Below are positions 51,681 through 64,000 of a stretch of DNA of 64,000 nucleotides, piece by piece. Position 1 is the first letter of the stretch. Each line of letters begins with the position of its first letter. The position numbers were made by a program, and so were the translations under genes. The stretch comes from Camelus dromedarius (lineage: Eukaryota). The notes beneath the pieces are model-generated. The model was not told the origin of the DNA. It did not search any database and was given only the letters and a program-made list of their open reading frames with translations. Location of the stretch: contig NC_087437.1 in assembly GCF_036321535.1 (NCBI RefSeq), positions 87,298,001 to 87,362,000 of the forward strand, given 5' to 3'.

Positions 51681-51999
51681 CAGTTTAGGACTTCTGAGAT
51701 TGTCAAATTGGATAAGTAACAATGAAGTTCAGAAGACATGGTGATGGAAATACGCAGTTTTAGTCATAAACACTGTTTTATCCTTTGTGCTGCATTTTCT
51801 TTGAAAATTCTTCAGCATAAACCATGGGATATAATCCTAACTCCACGTAAATCCAGCTCTTTGCCTACTCCACATTTGCAACCATGCAGTTGAAGGTGTC
51901 ATGAGAAAAATATGTCACAAGGGTGATCAAAATTGAAATCATGACCAGGAACTGAAAATGGGCTCCTGATACTGCAAAGCAATAAAACTGCATTTCCTG

Positions 52000-52185
52000 A
52001 TCCTTCCATTCTTCCATCTCCTTAGAAGAATTCTTACTCCTCTTCCTTCCTTATCCTCCAACACTTCTTCCCCATCTTCACTTTCAGTGGATGATCTTAA
52101 CTTCTTAAATCGCTGATAAAATTAAAAGAATTGGAATAGAATTTTCATAAGGTCCACGTGCACCACTTCAGCATCTGTGCCTCAT
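52000..52185 (+). mobile_element. L2 internal fragment
   Basis: 'ctttcagtggatgatcttaacttcttaaatcgctgataaaattaaaag' resembles L2 ORF2 sequence. Confidence 0.5.
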
Positions 52186-55100
52186 ATTAGAAGGAATTAT
52201 TCACTGGTGAGAATGATAGTATTCAGGACAGGTGTTTAGAGAGATGACATAGCCTTAGTCCTACATGAAAGGCTCAAATTTTTCATGCAAGGGTCAAGGT
52301 CTAGATCCTTTTGCTCCTGTAAATCATTTTTACTTGGCAGATTCTGTCACCTAACCAAATGACAAGACGGGCTGCTTCAAACCATCAGAACAGAGAGTTA
52401 TCCATCTTGGAGCACTGGAGGGAAGAGAGAGGACCTTTCCTCATGGTACAAGAAGAGACTGAATTGGTTTATGTATCAAGTGCTGATATTCTGAGAAATA
52501 CTTAGTCCAACACTTTTTGCATTGTAAAAGACCAGTTGGTGGTCAGATTATGGAAGAAGATCCGTAAAGCCCCCACTTATTCAAACTTCCAGAGGCTATT
52601 TGTCCAGAGTAACAGATAATAACTGCATTGCTGAATAGGCTGACAATATTTTAAAACAAATAGATTTGTTTTTTGTTTATTTTGGAATCATAATAGCTAC
52701 TCACATGGAGCAAAATCAGAGAGAGAAAAGAAGGTCCTATGGAAATAAAAGTAGACCCTACTACTGGGAAGCTGTTGGAAGAACTAGATTTCAGAAAACA
52801 TAGGACTCTACCTAACTTGATGCATGCAGTTCAGAGAAAGGAGTACTAACAGCTCCTACACTGGTATCTGGCGGCCAGAGTCAGCTTCTTGGGGAAGATA
52901 ATGGAAGGTTTCCTCTTATGTGGGGTAGATCAGAAAATACTCATTTCTTTTAGTTTCATACAAAATTTCCAGTAACACTCTATATTATATTGTCCCATTC
53001 TCTGTCTTCCTCTTCCACCTGCCTCACACAATGGCCCCTCAAGACAAATGGGGATGGTATTATAAGTCTGTCTGGGTTTCACCTCAATATCATGCACAGA
53101 AAGTCCTTACTTAACAGACTATTTCCACATAAGGCTAGTGCTCACATCTTCATAAGCACATTTCTCAACCAGCATAAAGATTTAAAGAATGACCTGTTTT
53201 CCTAAAACAACATATCTGGCAATTTATTTATTTTTCTTTCTGTTCAAGTTTCTGAATCTTCAAGAAGTTAGACCCACCTTGAATCCAAAACTTCCAGTTC
53301 TACCAACTTCTCCAGACAGGACAGAACTAGCTGAATGTTTTAGGCCAGACAGGCTTTTGGGGGCACCTCATTATATTGAGATAGACTGAGGAAGAGATGG
53401 AGCACTGGACAGATACAGCAGCGATTAAAGGGTTTTCCTGGGGAGAGGGCATCCTGCCTGAGCAAGCATCACACTCCTTTCAGAGAAACAGAGCTTTAGT
53501 TTCCATAATATAGTTCCTCTGGGAAATTTTGGCAAATGAAAAATTTTTCTACAACTGTCAATTCAACCTTTGTCTATCATCTTTTCTATGGCAAAGCACT
53601 TTCCATGTAACCCGTCTTCCATATCATTTGTAGGTCATGTTGTTGTCTGTGTTTGCACAGCTAATCCACCTGCATTTATTTGGCAATTCCAGTGTTTGTT
53701 TAACCATGATGTGCCAAGAAGGAAGACTAAAAACTGATAGAGAAAATTGCACAGTGATGGAGAATCAGGATAAAGAGATTCTTAGACTGACCTGTAATAA
53801 CCCATGAAAGGCCATTTAACATGGCATTGTCATTGATTTTGTAAGAATGTCAGGGACTCTTTCTTTCTCAACACTGACAAACTGGGGAGCTCTGGGTTCA
53901 TGCGAATGAGTTAGTACTTGCATGCTAAGTTTATTGCCTGTCTCTGGTGCAGCTTTTATCAAAGATGCTAAGCAGAAAGAATGCTCTGTCTCTCTCTCCC
54001 TTTCATTGTGTTTATCTCCATTGTATTCCCACATGTGTTGTTAGTAGGGGAAATATAATTATTTATCACTGTAATTTTGCTTCCAGCAAGTTCTAATTAT
54101 AGCACTTCGGCAGAGTGCATGATGACAGGATTTTGTTGTAGAACAATCCATGGAAAAGGCTGAATTATTCTTGTTTCATCAACTATTGTATAAAAGTTGA
54201 GATGAGGGAGGACTGAAATGTCTCCCACTAAGTACAATGAGGTATTAGTTGAAACAAGGTCACACAATTCACTTTTTCTTATTTCTCTGTTGTACATAGC
54301 GTTACACTGCTTCCATTACATTCATTCCAAGCTTATGTATAATTTTGCCTTTTAAATGATATACAAATTCTGAATGTTTTTCTTTGTTTATCCATTGAAG
54401 TTAAAGCTTAAAACAATTTCATTTAAAACATAGAAATTTTTATTTTGTGGATTGAATGATGCGGAAAGAAAATTAGCTGAACATTTTCCTGATGATGTTT
54501 AATTATTGTCTTCAGTACTATATTTAATTTATAAAATCACTGTGTGTGTTATAGTAATCTCTGCTAGAGGCTAGACTTTATGGCAGAATATTCCATTATT
54601 TTTGAGATTATTATACCAAATCACATATCATACAGAAAATGGATTGATGTGAAAATATCTCAAATACAAAATAACAATTGAAAGGTAGATTGAACTTATA
54701 TTTGGAGTGTTGCATGTAAAGCCTAACCTAATCGAACAAACAAGAATTTACAAAGAGAAGTGTCACCTAAGATGATTACTGGTATTTCTTCTGTGTTGTG
54801 TATTTGTATATGTCTTTTCTAATTGTTCCTTAAATTTTAATTTTGCCTTGTAATGCAGTCTTACAGAAAACTTGGCCTGGTTTTTGTTTTTCTATTTGTT
54901 TTTTGTTTATTTGGTTTGTTTTTGGACAAGAGAGGAGTGCTAAAGTTTCTTGGGAGTCAAGTGTTTCAAACTGAATGCACTTCCTTCTTAGAATAGGGTC
55001 ACCAGTTTGGGGCTGGATAGAGATATGATAGAGAGCCCAGGGGTATTAGAATTAAGATTTAAATGAGCAGGAATTTAGCAATGGCCTTTTAGTAGAGAAC

Positions 55101-56529
55101 TCAAGATATACTGCCATTAAACAGCTTTAGTTAGCTACTCTCACCAAGGGCTTTTCTGGGAACCAGAATTAATTAGCAACTGAAATTCCTGAGACATTGC
55201 TGCTTTTGGTGTAAAAGCAGTCCTCTTCTTTGGTTATATTAGTTTTGATTTACAAAATGTTAGATTAAGATGACTCTCTTATGATGCCTCTGGTTTCCTG
55301 ATATTTGTCAACCTTTCCCAGTTGTGAAATTACCAACTGATGCTTTTGTTGTAAAAGCCGGATTACCATATTCCATACTAACTTCTCAATTAAATTACAT
55401 TTTTCTACTAATTCACGTAAATTTAAGATTTCACTTTGTTAACTTTATTTTGGCTTTGCCCATGAAACCAACCCGTATCATTCATGTATAAACGTCCAGA
55501 ATATTTTTGAGTCATTCATGTGCAATATTTTTAAATCCATACTCTGTCAGAAATTTATAAGCTAATAAAGAATATTTTAAAAGTATAAGGATATTAAAAC
55601 AGAATATTATAATTTCTATAATTTATTGAAATTATTTAGAATGTCCAATGAAGAAATTATATCTTATTTGTGATATAATGTTAGAAATCTCAGAAGTTCT
55701 CATGAACAAATGGATATTTCAATTATGTTTTGAAGCATGAGTAGCAGTTCAGTACATAAACACAGATGGAGGTTGTAGGAAATAAGGAGTGGTTAGAGGG
55801 CAGTGTATTCCAGTCAGAGCAAAGAATTTTGTGAGAAACAGTGTGACACGGGAAAGACCAGGCAATGTGTAGAAAATGCGAGTGGTCATTTGGCAAAACC
55901 TTCAATATCTGCATCAAAATAGCTAAAAAGAACTTTGAAAGGTGACGGAAGATCTTATCAATAAACCACTGAGTTTGCAATTGATATAGGAGGCCCTGGG
56001 GCAGATCTGAATGTTTCTGAGCTGTCTGGTATCACAACTCAGTGAGCAAAAGTGTGCTATCAGAGCACAGTCCAAAAAATCCGTGAAGAGAAAATTAGAA
56101 GATGGGTCTCTGCAACTGAAAACACAGTGTTCTTCCTCTTTCTCAGTGTGGCCACTTAGCCTATTTATCACTATTCCTCTAAAAGGTGCAGTCACCCTTA
56201 GCCAAGAACATGAAATAGTATCAATTCCTTATACACATACTTGCATTCATTTGTACCCTGTTGTATTTGCTCAGAAACTCTTCTTTCTGCTGCCTTCCTC
56301 TCCCCACTCCCAGCACCAGCACTCCAGGTACCTCGTGTGACATCTCTACCACCAGGTTATTCCTTCCTTCTACTTCTCAGTACCTTCCCATTTAAAAATA
56401 TTCATTGCTGTGGCACAGTAACCTTATCCAGAAGAAGGACTGAGATTCATTTCATTTCATTGTTGTAGATGTTCTTTATGTAACAAGGGCGATGGAAACA
56501 AAAATACTACGTGTTAGGCTAATTTAATC

Positions 56530-57130
56530 TAGTCATGGAGTAAAGGCATATGGAGAGATAAACTAAAACTAAGACAGAATATGGTCATCGCCATAAAATG
56601 TGTGTGTGTGTGTACGTATAGTCTTGACAAGGAAATTTAGAGGAGGAGAAGGAGTCATTTTTCTCAGGATGATGAGGGAAATCTTTCTATAGGACATCTC
56701 ATTAACCTGAATTATGAGAGATACACAGAATTCTGACCAACAAATGAGAAGTGGGAAGCAGTTTGATTTAGGTGGGGGTGTTGTCCCACACAGAAAATTT
56801 GACTTGAGCAAAAGAATGTAGGGACATTCAAGACATGTTTAGAGAAGGCCAGTTTCATTTGACTGAAATAAAAGATGTGGGTATAGGAGTATCCAAAATA
56901 AGTGTTAAAAGTTTTAGAACCAGATGCTAAAAGGGAAAGAACACTCAGGTATATTCAATGGGCTATGAGGAGCCTTTAAAAATATTTGAACAGAGAATTC
57001 CAAGACCACTGTTGAATTTTATAACATTAATAGTAATATGAAAATGAATAGCTGAGGACCAAGCTACAGTAATATGTAGGTAAAAAGATTTGAGAATTTG
57101 AAATTGTTGGCAAGAGGAATACAGAACAAT
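56530..57130 (-). mobile_element. L2 fragment
   Basis: Purine-rich antisense L2 pattern, e.g. 'ggctatgaggagcctttaaaaatatttgaacagagaa'. Confidence 0.5.
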
Positions 57131-57374
57131 TTAATATAAGAAATATAAAACTTCTAACACTATACTACAAATTAAATTGTGTCTACTGTTACATAGAAAA
57201 TGTACTTGAGGGCCATCAAAGTACATTTTGCGTATTTCAGAAGATCACTGTTGATTATCAGATACAAAAGTAAAGTTACTTGCACTGCTTGGAAAACAAT
57301 ATACTTGGTAATTTAAACGCCCACTTAATTTTTGTGTTACACCTTGAATGGATATTTGCTTTTTAATCGAGAAA

Positions 57375-57570
57375 GAACTAATATTTATGGGGCACTGCTA
57401 GACATTTCACTTCACATCTGTTATTCTGGTTATCAAAACACCTCTTTGAGAAAACTATTAGTCTAATTTCTAGATGAGAAAACAAAAATTTCAGGAAGCA
57501 AAAGAGCCAAGGTAGCACAGCTATTAAATGGACTGGCTGGGATTTAAAACTACATAAAATGCTGTTACCA
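57375..57570 (-). mobile_element. MIR SINE
   Basis: 'ctaatatttatggggcact...atttctagatgagaaaac...gccaaggtagcacagcta...gctgggatttaaaac'. Confidence 0.7.
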
Positions 57571-60500
57571 TGAGGTTGATGACAGTATTGCTTGATGCAA
57601 AGAAGTAAATTTCTAAGCATGCAAAATTTGTCCTCAGAAAAAATATAGTATTGTGAAAATAAAGTGTGAGGTCTCCTGGAATTGATTTCTGTTTCTATTA
57701 TTAATTGAAGTTCAAGTGTAAATGTGAGAAATTGACTAAATTCAAATCAAGTATAATGTTTCTACAGTATAATTATCAAGCCCTTTGAGGTTGAAATTAT
57801 CTCCAAATTTTTTCATAATTTCTTTCCTTTACCCGTGATATAACTCTTGCCTTCCCTCTGGGACTCTCCCAGAATTTTACGTGCCTCTTGGCTTCCTTCC
57901 TGAATAACTGGACAAAAAATCTTGGTCCTGTTTTGATAACATGAATACCAGAAAAAATGTTTTACTGTTGTCAGGCTACCACAAAACCCTTGTGTGACAC
58001 CCTATTGAGAATTTCTGCTCTGATTTCAAAACTTCTGTAATAAGATGATGACTCCAACCCCCATTATAGCCAAGGCTTTATTATAATAACATGAATGCTG
58101 TAGTGTCAGCATTCTTGCTGTGTGTGGGGAAAGGGAGAACATGCTTAGTCATACAAATTGAAATAGCTAAAGGCAGGACATAAATATAAACTGAGTTTCT
58201 AAGGTAAGCGATGAACTAATTGATCCTTTCCAGGCATGTGGCAAACTTTCAGCTTTCTTCACCTCATATAATAAGAGTAAAATGTCTGCATTATTTGGCT
58301 GCTTCTGGAAGATGGTACAAAAAAGACAAAAAAGAGAATGCATAGCTCAACCTTTTAACAGAATGCTTTTTAACTAATCATTTCAGTGTGCTCTTTGCAG
58401 GGAAAGCTAATGTTGTTAGCACCAAACTTAAAAGGAACTTGATGATGTACAGCTCACAATTAAAAGATTTATCAAATTATCAAGCTTTCAAGCATAATTC
58501 CAGTTCAGAGGAAAGTACAAAGAGTGCTAGTGTCCCAGAGGAATGGAGAACAGTTGCCTGAGGCAAGGTGCTAACAGCGTGCACTGCTATGCTGAGTGAA
58601 TCCCGAATTGATGTGTGCACCTAAGGCTTACACATTCTGTTCTAACAAGGAGACTGGGTGGGAGGGAGGGAACTTGTGGTTGGGAAAGTGATACCTCCCG
58701 GTAGACAGACTCCAAATTACTATGCATTTTTGAGTAACTGTGAAAAATCGATTTTTATTTTTTGAAGAAATTTGCTTTAGGGATTTGACTAACCCAATCT
58801 AACTGTACCTCCCAAGGTTTGAGGATGGTGGTAACTTGGAAAAAGTAAGAATGTGTGTGACCAAAATAAAATTTAAAAAAAAAAACAGCTTTTTTTTTTC
58901 TCTGTGGTTGAATAAGCCTACAAATCAAAACTGAATTCAAAAATCCATCCAGAACTTTTACAAAAGAAAGCTAGTCCAGAGCGGAGCCTGGCATCATCAC
59001 AGAATATAAAACCTTAATCAGTGTTACTTAAGGGAACTTTGAAGAGTCTGATGCCAATCTAGAGCTAATGCCAAGACCTGCATCAGGAATGTCTGTATCT
59101 CACTGGCATCCCTCTGTGGAGAAGTGGCAGCTCATCCATCTTTCCTCTCATCTTATCCTTTGGGGAGAATATAAGAAAAATGACTGGGATGACTAAACAT
59201 AGATTCATTCCTGTGCTCAAAACATGCAATTGTATAGCTTTACCAAAGCATAATTGAAGGCTGCAGTATAAGATTGTATGGATTAGTACATAATCCATTT
59301 TCTACTTGAAACTGAAAACTTTTTCCTCTCACAGCTACATAATTTTGTTCCTTGGAAAAAGATTTTAAGGATACATTCTAGGTCATATAGACAGACACCT
59401 ACTAACACACAAAATAGCAAAGTAAAAACTGTGTAAAGACTGAAAAGAGTCAGCTGGCAGCTGTTGGGTCAGCACAACTGCTTTGCTGCTTTGAATCACA
59501 CTGAGCATCATGAAGTGTTTGTAATTTGCTTCTTAAGTTTTATAAAACTCATTTCAGATGCAATGCAATTACTAATTTTTGTTATCACCCAGGTGCTATT
59601 ATTAAAGATGATTTACTGAGATGAAATTGAAATTTTCTCAGAATATTTGTACCTAAACTGGTAATTTTCCAAATAAAACCTAGTTATACTACAAAATTAT
59701 TATCTCATGAGCAGAAGACACCATGGTATATACAAATGATGACTAAACAATTATGTTAATTAAACTATATTATCAATCAAAGTCAATTAATACACATACA
59801 GCATATTCTACATAGGAATTTTAATTTGTGCCTTAACTGTATTAACTGTTTTTCAAAACCTGCTATAAATGTTAATTGACCTAGACTAAGTAAGACCTAT
59901 TCTGAATGACCTGTATTATAGAAAGAAAAGTAAACCAAAAATTTCCTGATTATCTTAGATAACATTACTGTTATTTTAGTAGTAGCTGTATTTTAAATAT
60001 TTACAGTACAAATGAGGACTTCGATTATAGCCATGTTTTTAAATAACAGTTTTCACCCAGACTGAGAAAAATATTTGTGAATGGTAGAATTTTACCTGTT
60101 GGTTCGTTAACATAAATTATTTGCTTTGAAATCACCGACTTAAAAGTTAAAAATAAAACAAAAATAAAAACACCATACAAAATTAAAAGCCAAAATATAA
60201 GTAGACTCATTTTTGTATTTGGATTAAATTCAAAATCTAAGCAAGCTCAGTTTAGTTTGAGAGGTTTTTGGTTTATAAAAACCTTCTAAGAGGAGAGTAA
60301 AACAGGGACAGATACAGATCTATATGAGGAACAATATTTTAATTGAAAAAATAAAAATGAAAGAAATAGTCTTTAAAATATGAATTATTGGTCTTTAATT
60401 GTATCTTAAAGTATCTTAATTGCAGTTAATGGGACATAGCTGGTAGTCTGGCATATAAAGTTTGGGTCTTTTTTTGTTGTCATTAATATTGTTTTATCTT

Positions 60501-62649
60501 CTCTTTCATTTCAAAAATTTATTTTCAGTGAAATAAATAGGGAGGAAAATGCCATTTTTTAGATCTAGTGTGTCCATGAGAGAAAGAGGCTTTCAAGTGT
60601 GTTCATCTGAGCACTGATGAAGTTAAATGTTTTAGCATAAACTTTTTGCATTGCTGTATTTGGGATATGAAGATTTAAATTAATACTCAAATTGTTTAAA
60701 ACTGGACCTATTGTGAGTGGTTTCTCATCACATTTTCTACCTTATCTTAAAAACAAATGCTGGCTGCTCATTGGGAATTATATTTACAGTAGGATAGGGG
60801 AAGATAGTGCCTAATGTAATGATTATTATTTAAGGTGTAACAGTGTTCAGAGTGCTGTAGTCTCAAAATAATTTTGAAGTGAATTTTTTTGCAAGCATAA
60901 ACATTTGTACAGTCAGTTTTGCCAATTACTTGTACCACACTTACTGATATAGTTATACTTTAATAGAACACAATTCTTGGCCAAAAATCTGACCTCTGTT
61001 ATGTGACAGATACATTATTCAAGAAACAAAAAGACAACTAAAAACTCCAGGAAAAACAAAATACTCTGAAAAGGAAAAGATTGAGTCAAAATACAAAACA
61101 AACTTACAGTATAATATTAAGAAAGTGTAGAGTAAGAATAGAAAATCCATTTAACTTTAAAACTAGGAATGTTCTTTTACTGGCTCTGTTATGCCTATTA
61201 TTTATACAAGTAAGATTTTATTAAAATAGAATTAGAGAGAGAGATGTTTGCATTCTTTCATTTTAAAGGACATTGATTTTATCCAATATATGTACTTGAA
61301 ATAAGTGACCTAATATCTAGGACTTTGACAGGCTTTAACTATACAACAATGCTCGTAGTTAGAATATTTGCTATGGAAGAATTTGACTTGTAACGACAAC
61401 CACAAACTTGTAAACTTCATACATTTTCATGAAATAAATACCTGAATAATTTTTTTGCAAAGTATCACGATAGACATAGAACATACTAATAAAATCTGAG
61501 ACCATGGCTTCTCCTAAAAGATTTTTTATGCCTTTTGTATTGTTTTTCAGGGCACTCATAGGAATATTTCTGGGTGGCTGAGTCAACTCTACTTAATTCC
61601 GAATCAAGAAAGAGACATTTTGGTGGTTATGAGATGATTTATTAGAGTTTCAGTGTTTCCTTTTTCACCTCTTCCCCAATTTGGATGGCAGTGGGGATAT
61701 AAGAATGTTGTCTGGAAATGATGAGCTGATTTAATTTTGGAAGATTTCTCTTCCCACCCAATTTGTTTGTTTAGGACATAGTACAAAACTTGTTGATGTC
61801 AGCTATTCATTCTGTGTGGGTTTCAGCCATGTTTATCTTGCAGAGACCTCACAGCAACAACTAATGTCTCCTGACCACATGATTCGATTACTGTAATTCC
61901 CAGTCTTTAGATCCTCCCACTTAAACCTTCTTTTTCTTTGAAGATTTCTTCAAGGTTTATTGCATGCCGATTGCTCAATAATTAGCTCCAGGGATTTAGG
62001 AAAATATTTTAAATACTGAAGCTGACTTACATAAAAATGTTAAGCACTTATACTGAGCAATATGCCATATAGAATAGATAATTCCTTTGGTAACAATTCC
62101 TTGTGATTAAAATTATGGGTTTATGGATAGGAAACGATGCCAAAAAGTCATTTGGATGAGCATCCTAGTTTCATTTGAACTATCCCAAACAGATGTGATT
62201 AACTGCAGTGAAAGATAGCTTTGCTTTTATAACTGGAAGCCAAAAACTTTATCATCCTGAGGATCCAAAATTAGAAAAAAAATTGTTTTTAATTTACAGT
62301 TACAGTGATTCAAATCCCAGGAACTTGACTAAAAGAAAATATCACACTCTAGAAGGGGTAACTTAACGTGTTTTGATGAATCAATCTATTTGCTAATGTC
62401 TCAAGCAGAGTGTGTCATGTTTTTCCTACTAGACAGCTCCCTTAAGCAGACATCTCCTGATCTTGAAGCTGCCTAACGGAGCTTCCCCATTGCTGATGTC
62501 TTTGTGCTCTAAATGGGTTTGCCAGCATTTACGTACAGAATATGGTCTACTGAACCAATAAGAGTTTCCAGGTCCTGAGAAGCTAGAATAGTGTTGGTTC
62601 TTGTGGGACATTAATGCTAGGCTTTAAACATCACTCAAGAAAATCATCT

Positions 62650-63110
62650 CTATCAGATAGTTGGCTATTACTATGAAACAGGTCACTCTAAAATTTAATG
62701 ACAATATAGTAAGCATTTTTAATGCTCATGAATCTATGTGTCAGTTTAGTAATTATTTGGTCTCATCTAAGCTCACCCAACATCATATCTGCACACAGCT
62801 GAGGGAGGGGTAGGTGGATTTATTAATCTGGTCCAGTTTGGGGTCATTTTGGTGTAGAGTGGTCCAGGACTGCCTTGACTGAGATAACTAGCTGGATCAG
62901 GCTCATTCTTGTGGGGATAGAAGGATCTAAAGAGGAAGCAAGAAAGTTAAAGAAGGAACACCATGACTCCTGCAGAATTCTAATGGCCAAAGCAAGTCAC
63001 AAGGCCAGTTCAGAGTCAGCACAGAAAGAGACTACACAGTTACAGGGTCAGCTGTGGGCTACAAGGAGGTCATTAGTTGAGGCCAACAATGCAATCAGTT
63101 AATCTGTCAC
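62650..63110 (-). mobile_element. MaLR LTR (MLT1F/G/H-like)
   Basis: 'gctcatgaatctatg', 'tggccaaagcaagtcacaaggccag' and terminal 'aatctgtcaca'. Confidence 0.7.
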
Positions 63111-63374
63111 AACATCACATCAGCTTTGCCTTCTACTCTTTAGCACACTAGTCTTCCTGAGCCTCTGAAAGAATAGTACAATAATAATATTTTATACATT
63201 GTATTGTTGTTATGATAAATAACAATATTATTGGCCCACAGTTCTTTTTGTAAGGCCTGAGACCCTGGAAAAACAAGTTTGTAATGAAAGTATTTATATT
63301 CATACTTACTAATTGTAAGTTCACACAAACAAGTTGATTACATTAAGTACTGGAGCAGTGCATTCTTGTCTTTC

Positions 63375-63560
63375 CACTCTAGGGGAAAGAATGGAAACTG
63401 TGGAGTTCATTGTGACAGTGTTTGAATCCTGGCTCCATCACTTGCTAACACATTGAATTTGTGTGAATTATTTAACCTCTCTGAGCTTCCATTTTCTCAG
63501 TGGTAAAAATAAGAATTGCCATGTTAATGGTAAAAAGTATCAAAAAGGCTACCTATGTTT
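63375..63560 (+). mobile_element. MIR SINE
   Basis: 'tttgaatcctggctccatcacttgct...ttatttaacctctctgagcttccattttctcagtggtaaaa'. Confidence 0.8.
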
Positions 63561-63723
63561 GTATCTGAAATGAAACAGGTACATTCCCTACATTTGTTCC
63601 TTTTCCTTCTCACTCCGCTAAGGAAGTCATCAGACCTTGATTTCACCACCATATATATTCAACAGTGTTGACTATAGGGTCTTCTTTTGTATACCGCCAC
63701 TGCGCCCACCAGTTTACATCCTC

Positions 63724-63904
63724 TAGTGTTTCCCTGCAGGGTCACTGTTAGTTTTTTGGGTGGGACCATTTTTCATGGTACAAGATATCCTTCACTCTTG
63801 AAAACTATCCAGCATGTCTGGCTACACCCACTTGAACTATGGGTTACTTCCAAAAGTCCCTCTACATTTTCGAACATTCCTATAGAAGACGCTGAGAACC
63901 ACAG
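63724..63904 (-). mobile_element. MER20-family hAT-Charlie MITE
   Basis: TIR-like ends 'tagtgtttc' and 'gagaaccacag'; internal 'ttttgggtgggacca' and 'cagcatgtctggc'. Confidence 0.6.
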
Positions 63905-64000
63905 TTGAGAATAATACCCCTTAGAGTCTAAATTCTACAATATTGATCCACTAAAGCTGTTGTATACAGTACCCCAGCTTATTGGAGTTTTTTTTTTCCC

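Noticed and set aside
1..64000. ORF-track entries as host protein-coding genes
   Set aside because: All are short (202 aa or less) and are L1 fragments, antisense frames of repeats or unrecognisable low-complexity frames. No consistent exon chain was found.
1..64000. CRISPR arrays, operons, tRNA/rRNA genes or other prokaryotic systems
   Set aside because: The DNA is mammalian. No regularly spaced repeat-spacer structure was seen, and tRNA-like sequence is limited to MIR heads and the PBS.

Overview
AT-rich, CpG-poor mammalian genomic DNA with no recognisable protein-coding gene, RNA gene or CpG island; it reads as a gene desert or a very long intron. The youngest L1 3' ends resemble camelid-type (alpaca/camel) L1, recalled from memory. 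I saw no Alu, B1/B2, Bov-tA, PRE-1 or Can-SINE. The window is dominated by transposable-element fossils: (1) a decayed class III (ERVL/HERV-S-like) provirus at 827-3850 with a tRNA-Ser primer site and a second LTR nested in its 5' LTR; (2) three large old L1s plus one young nested L1, all on the minus strand (~17 kb together); (3) short plus-strand L1 ends, MaLR/ERVL LTRs, MIR, L2 and hAT/Tigger MITEs. The ORF track consists of L1 remnants and chance ORFs. I found no evidence of a new biological system. The items most worth a second look are the compact provirus, a perfect 18-bp palindrome, a diverged local duplication, two motif-dense repeat-free candidate enhancers and a few splice-site-flanked micro-exon candidates. 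Repeat family names come from recalled consensus sequences, not a database search, and boundaries are approximate unless a TSD or terminal motif is cited.
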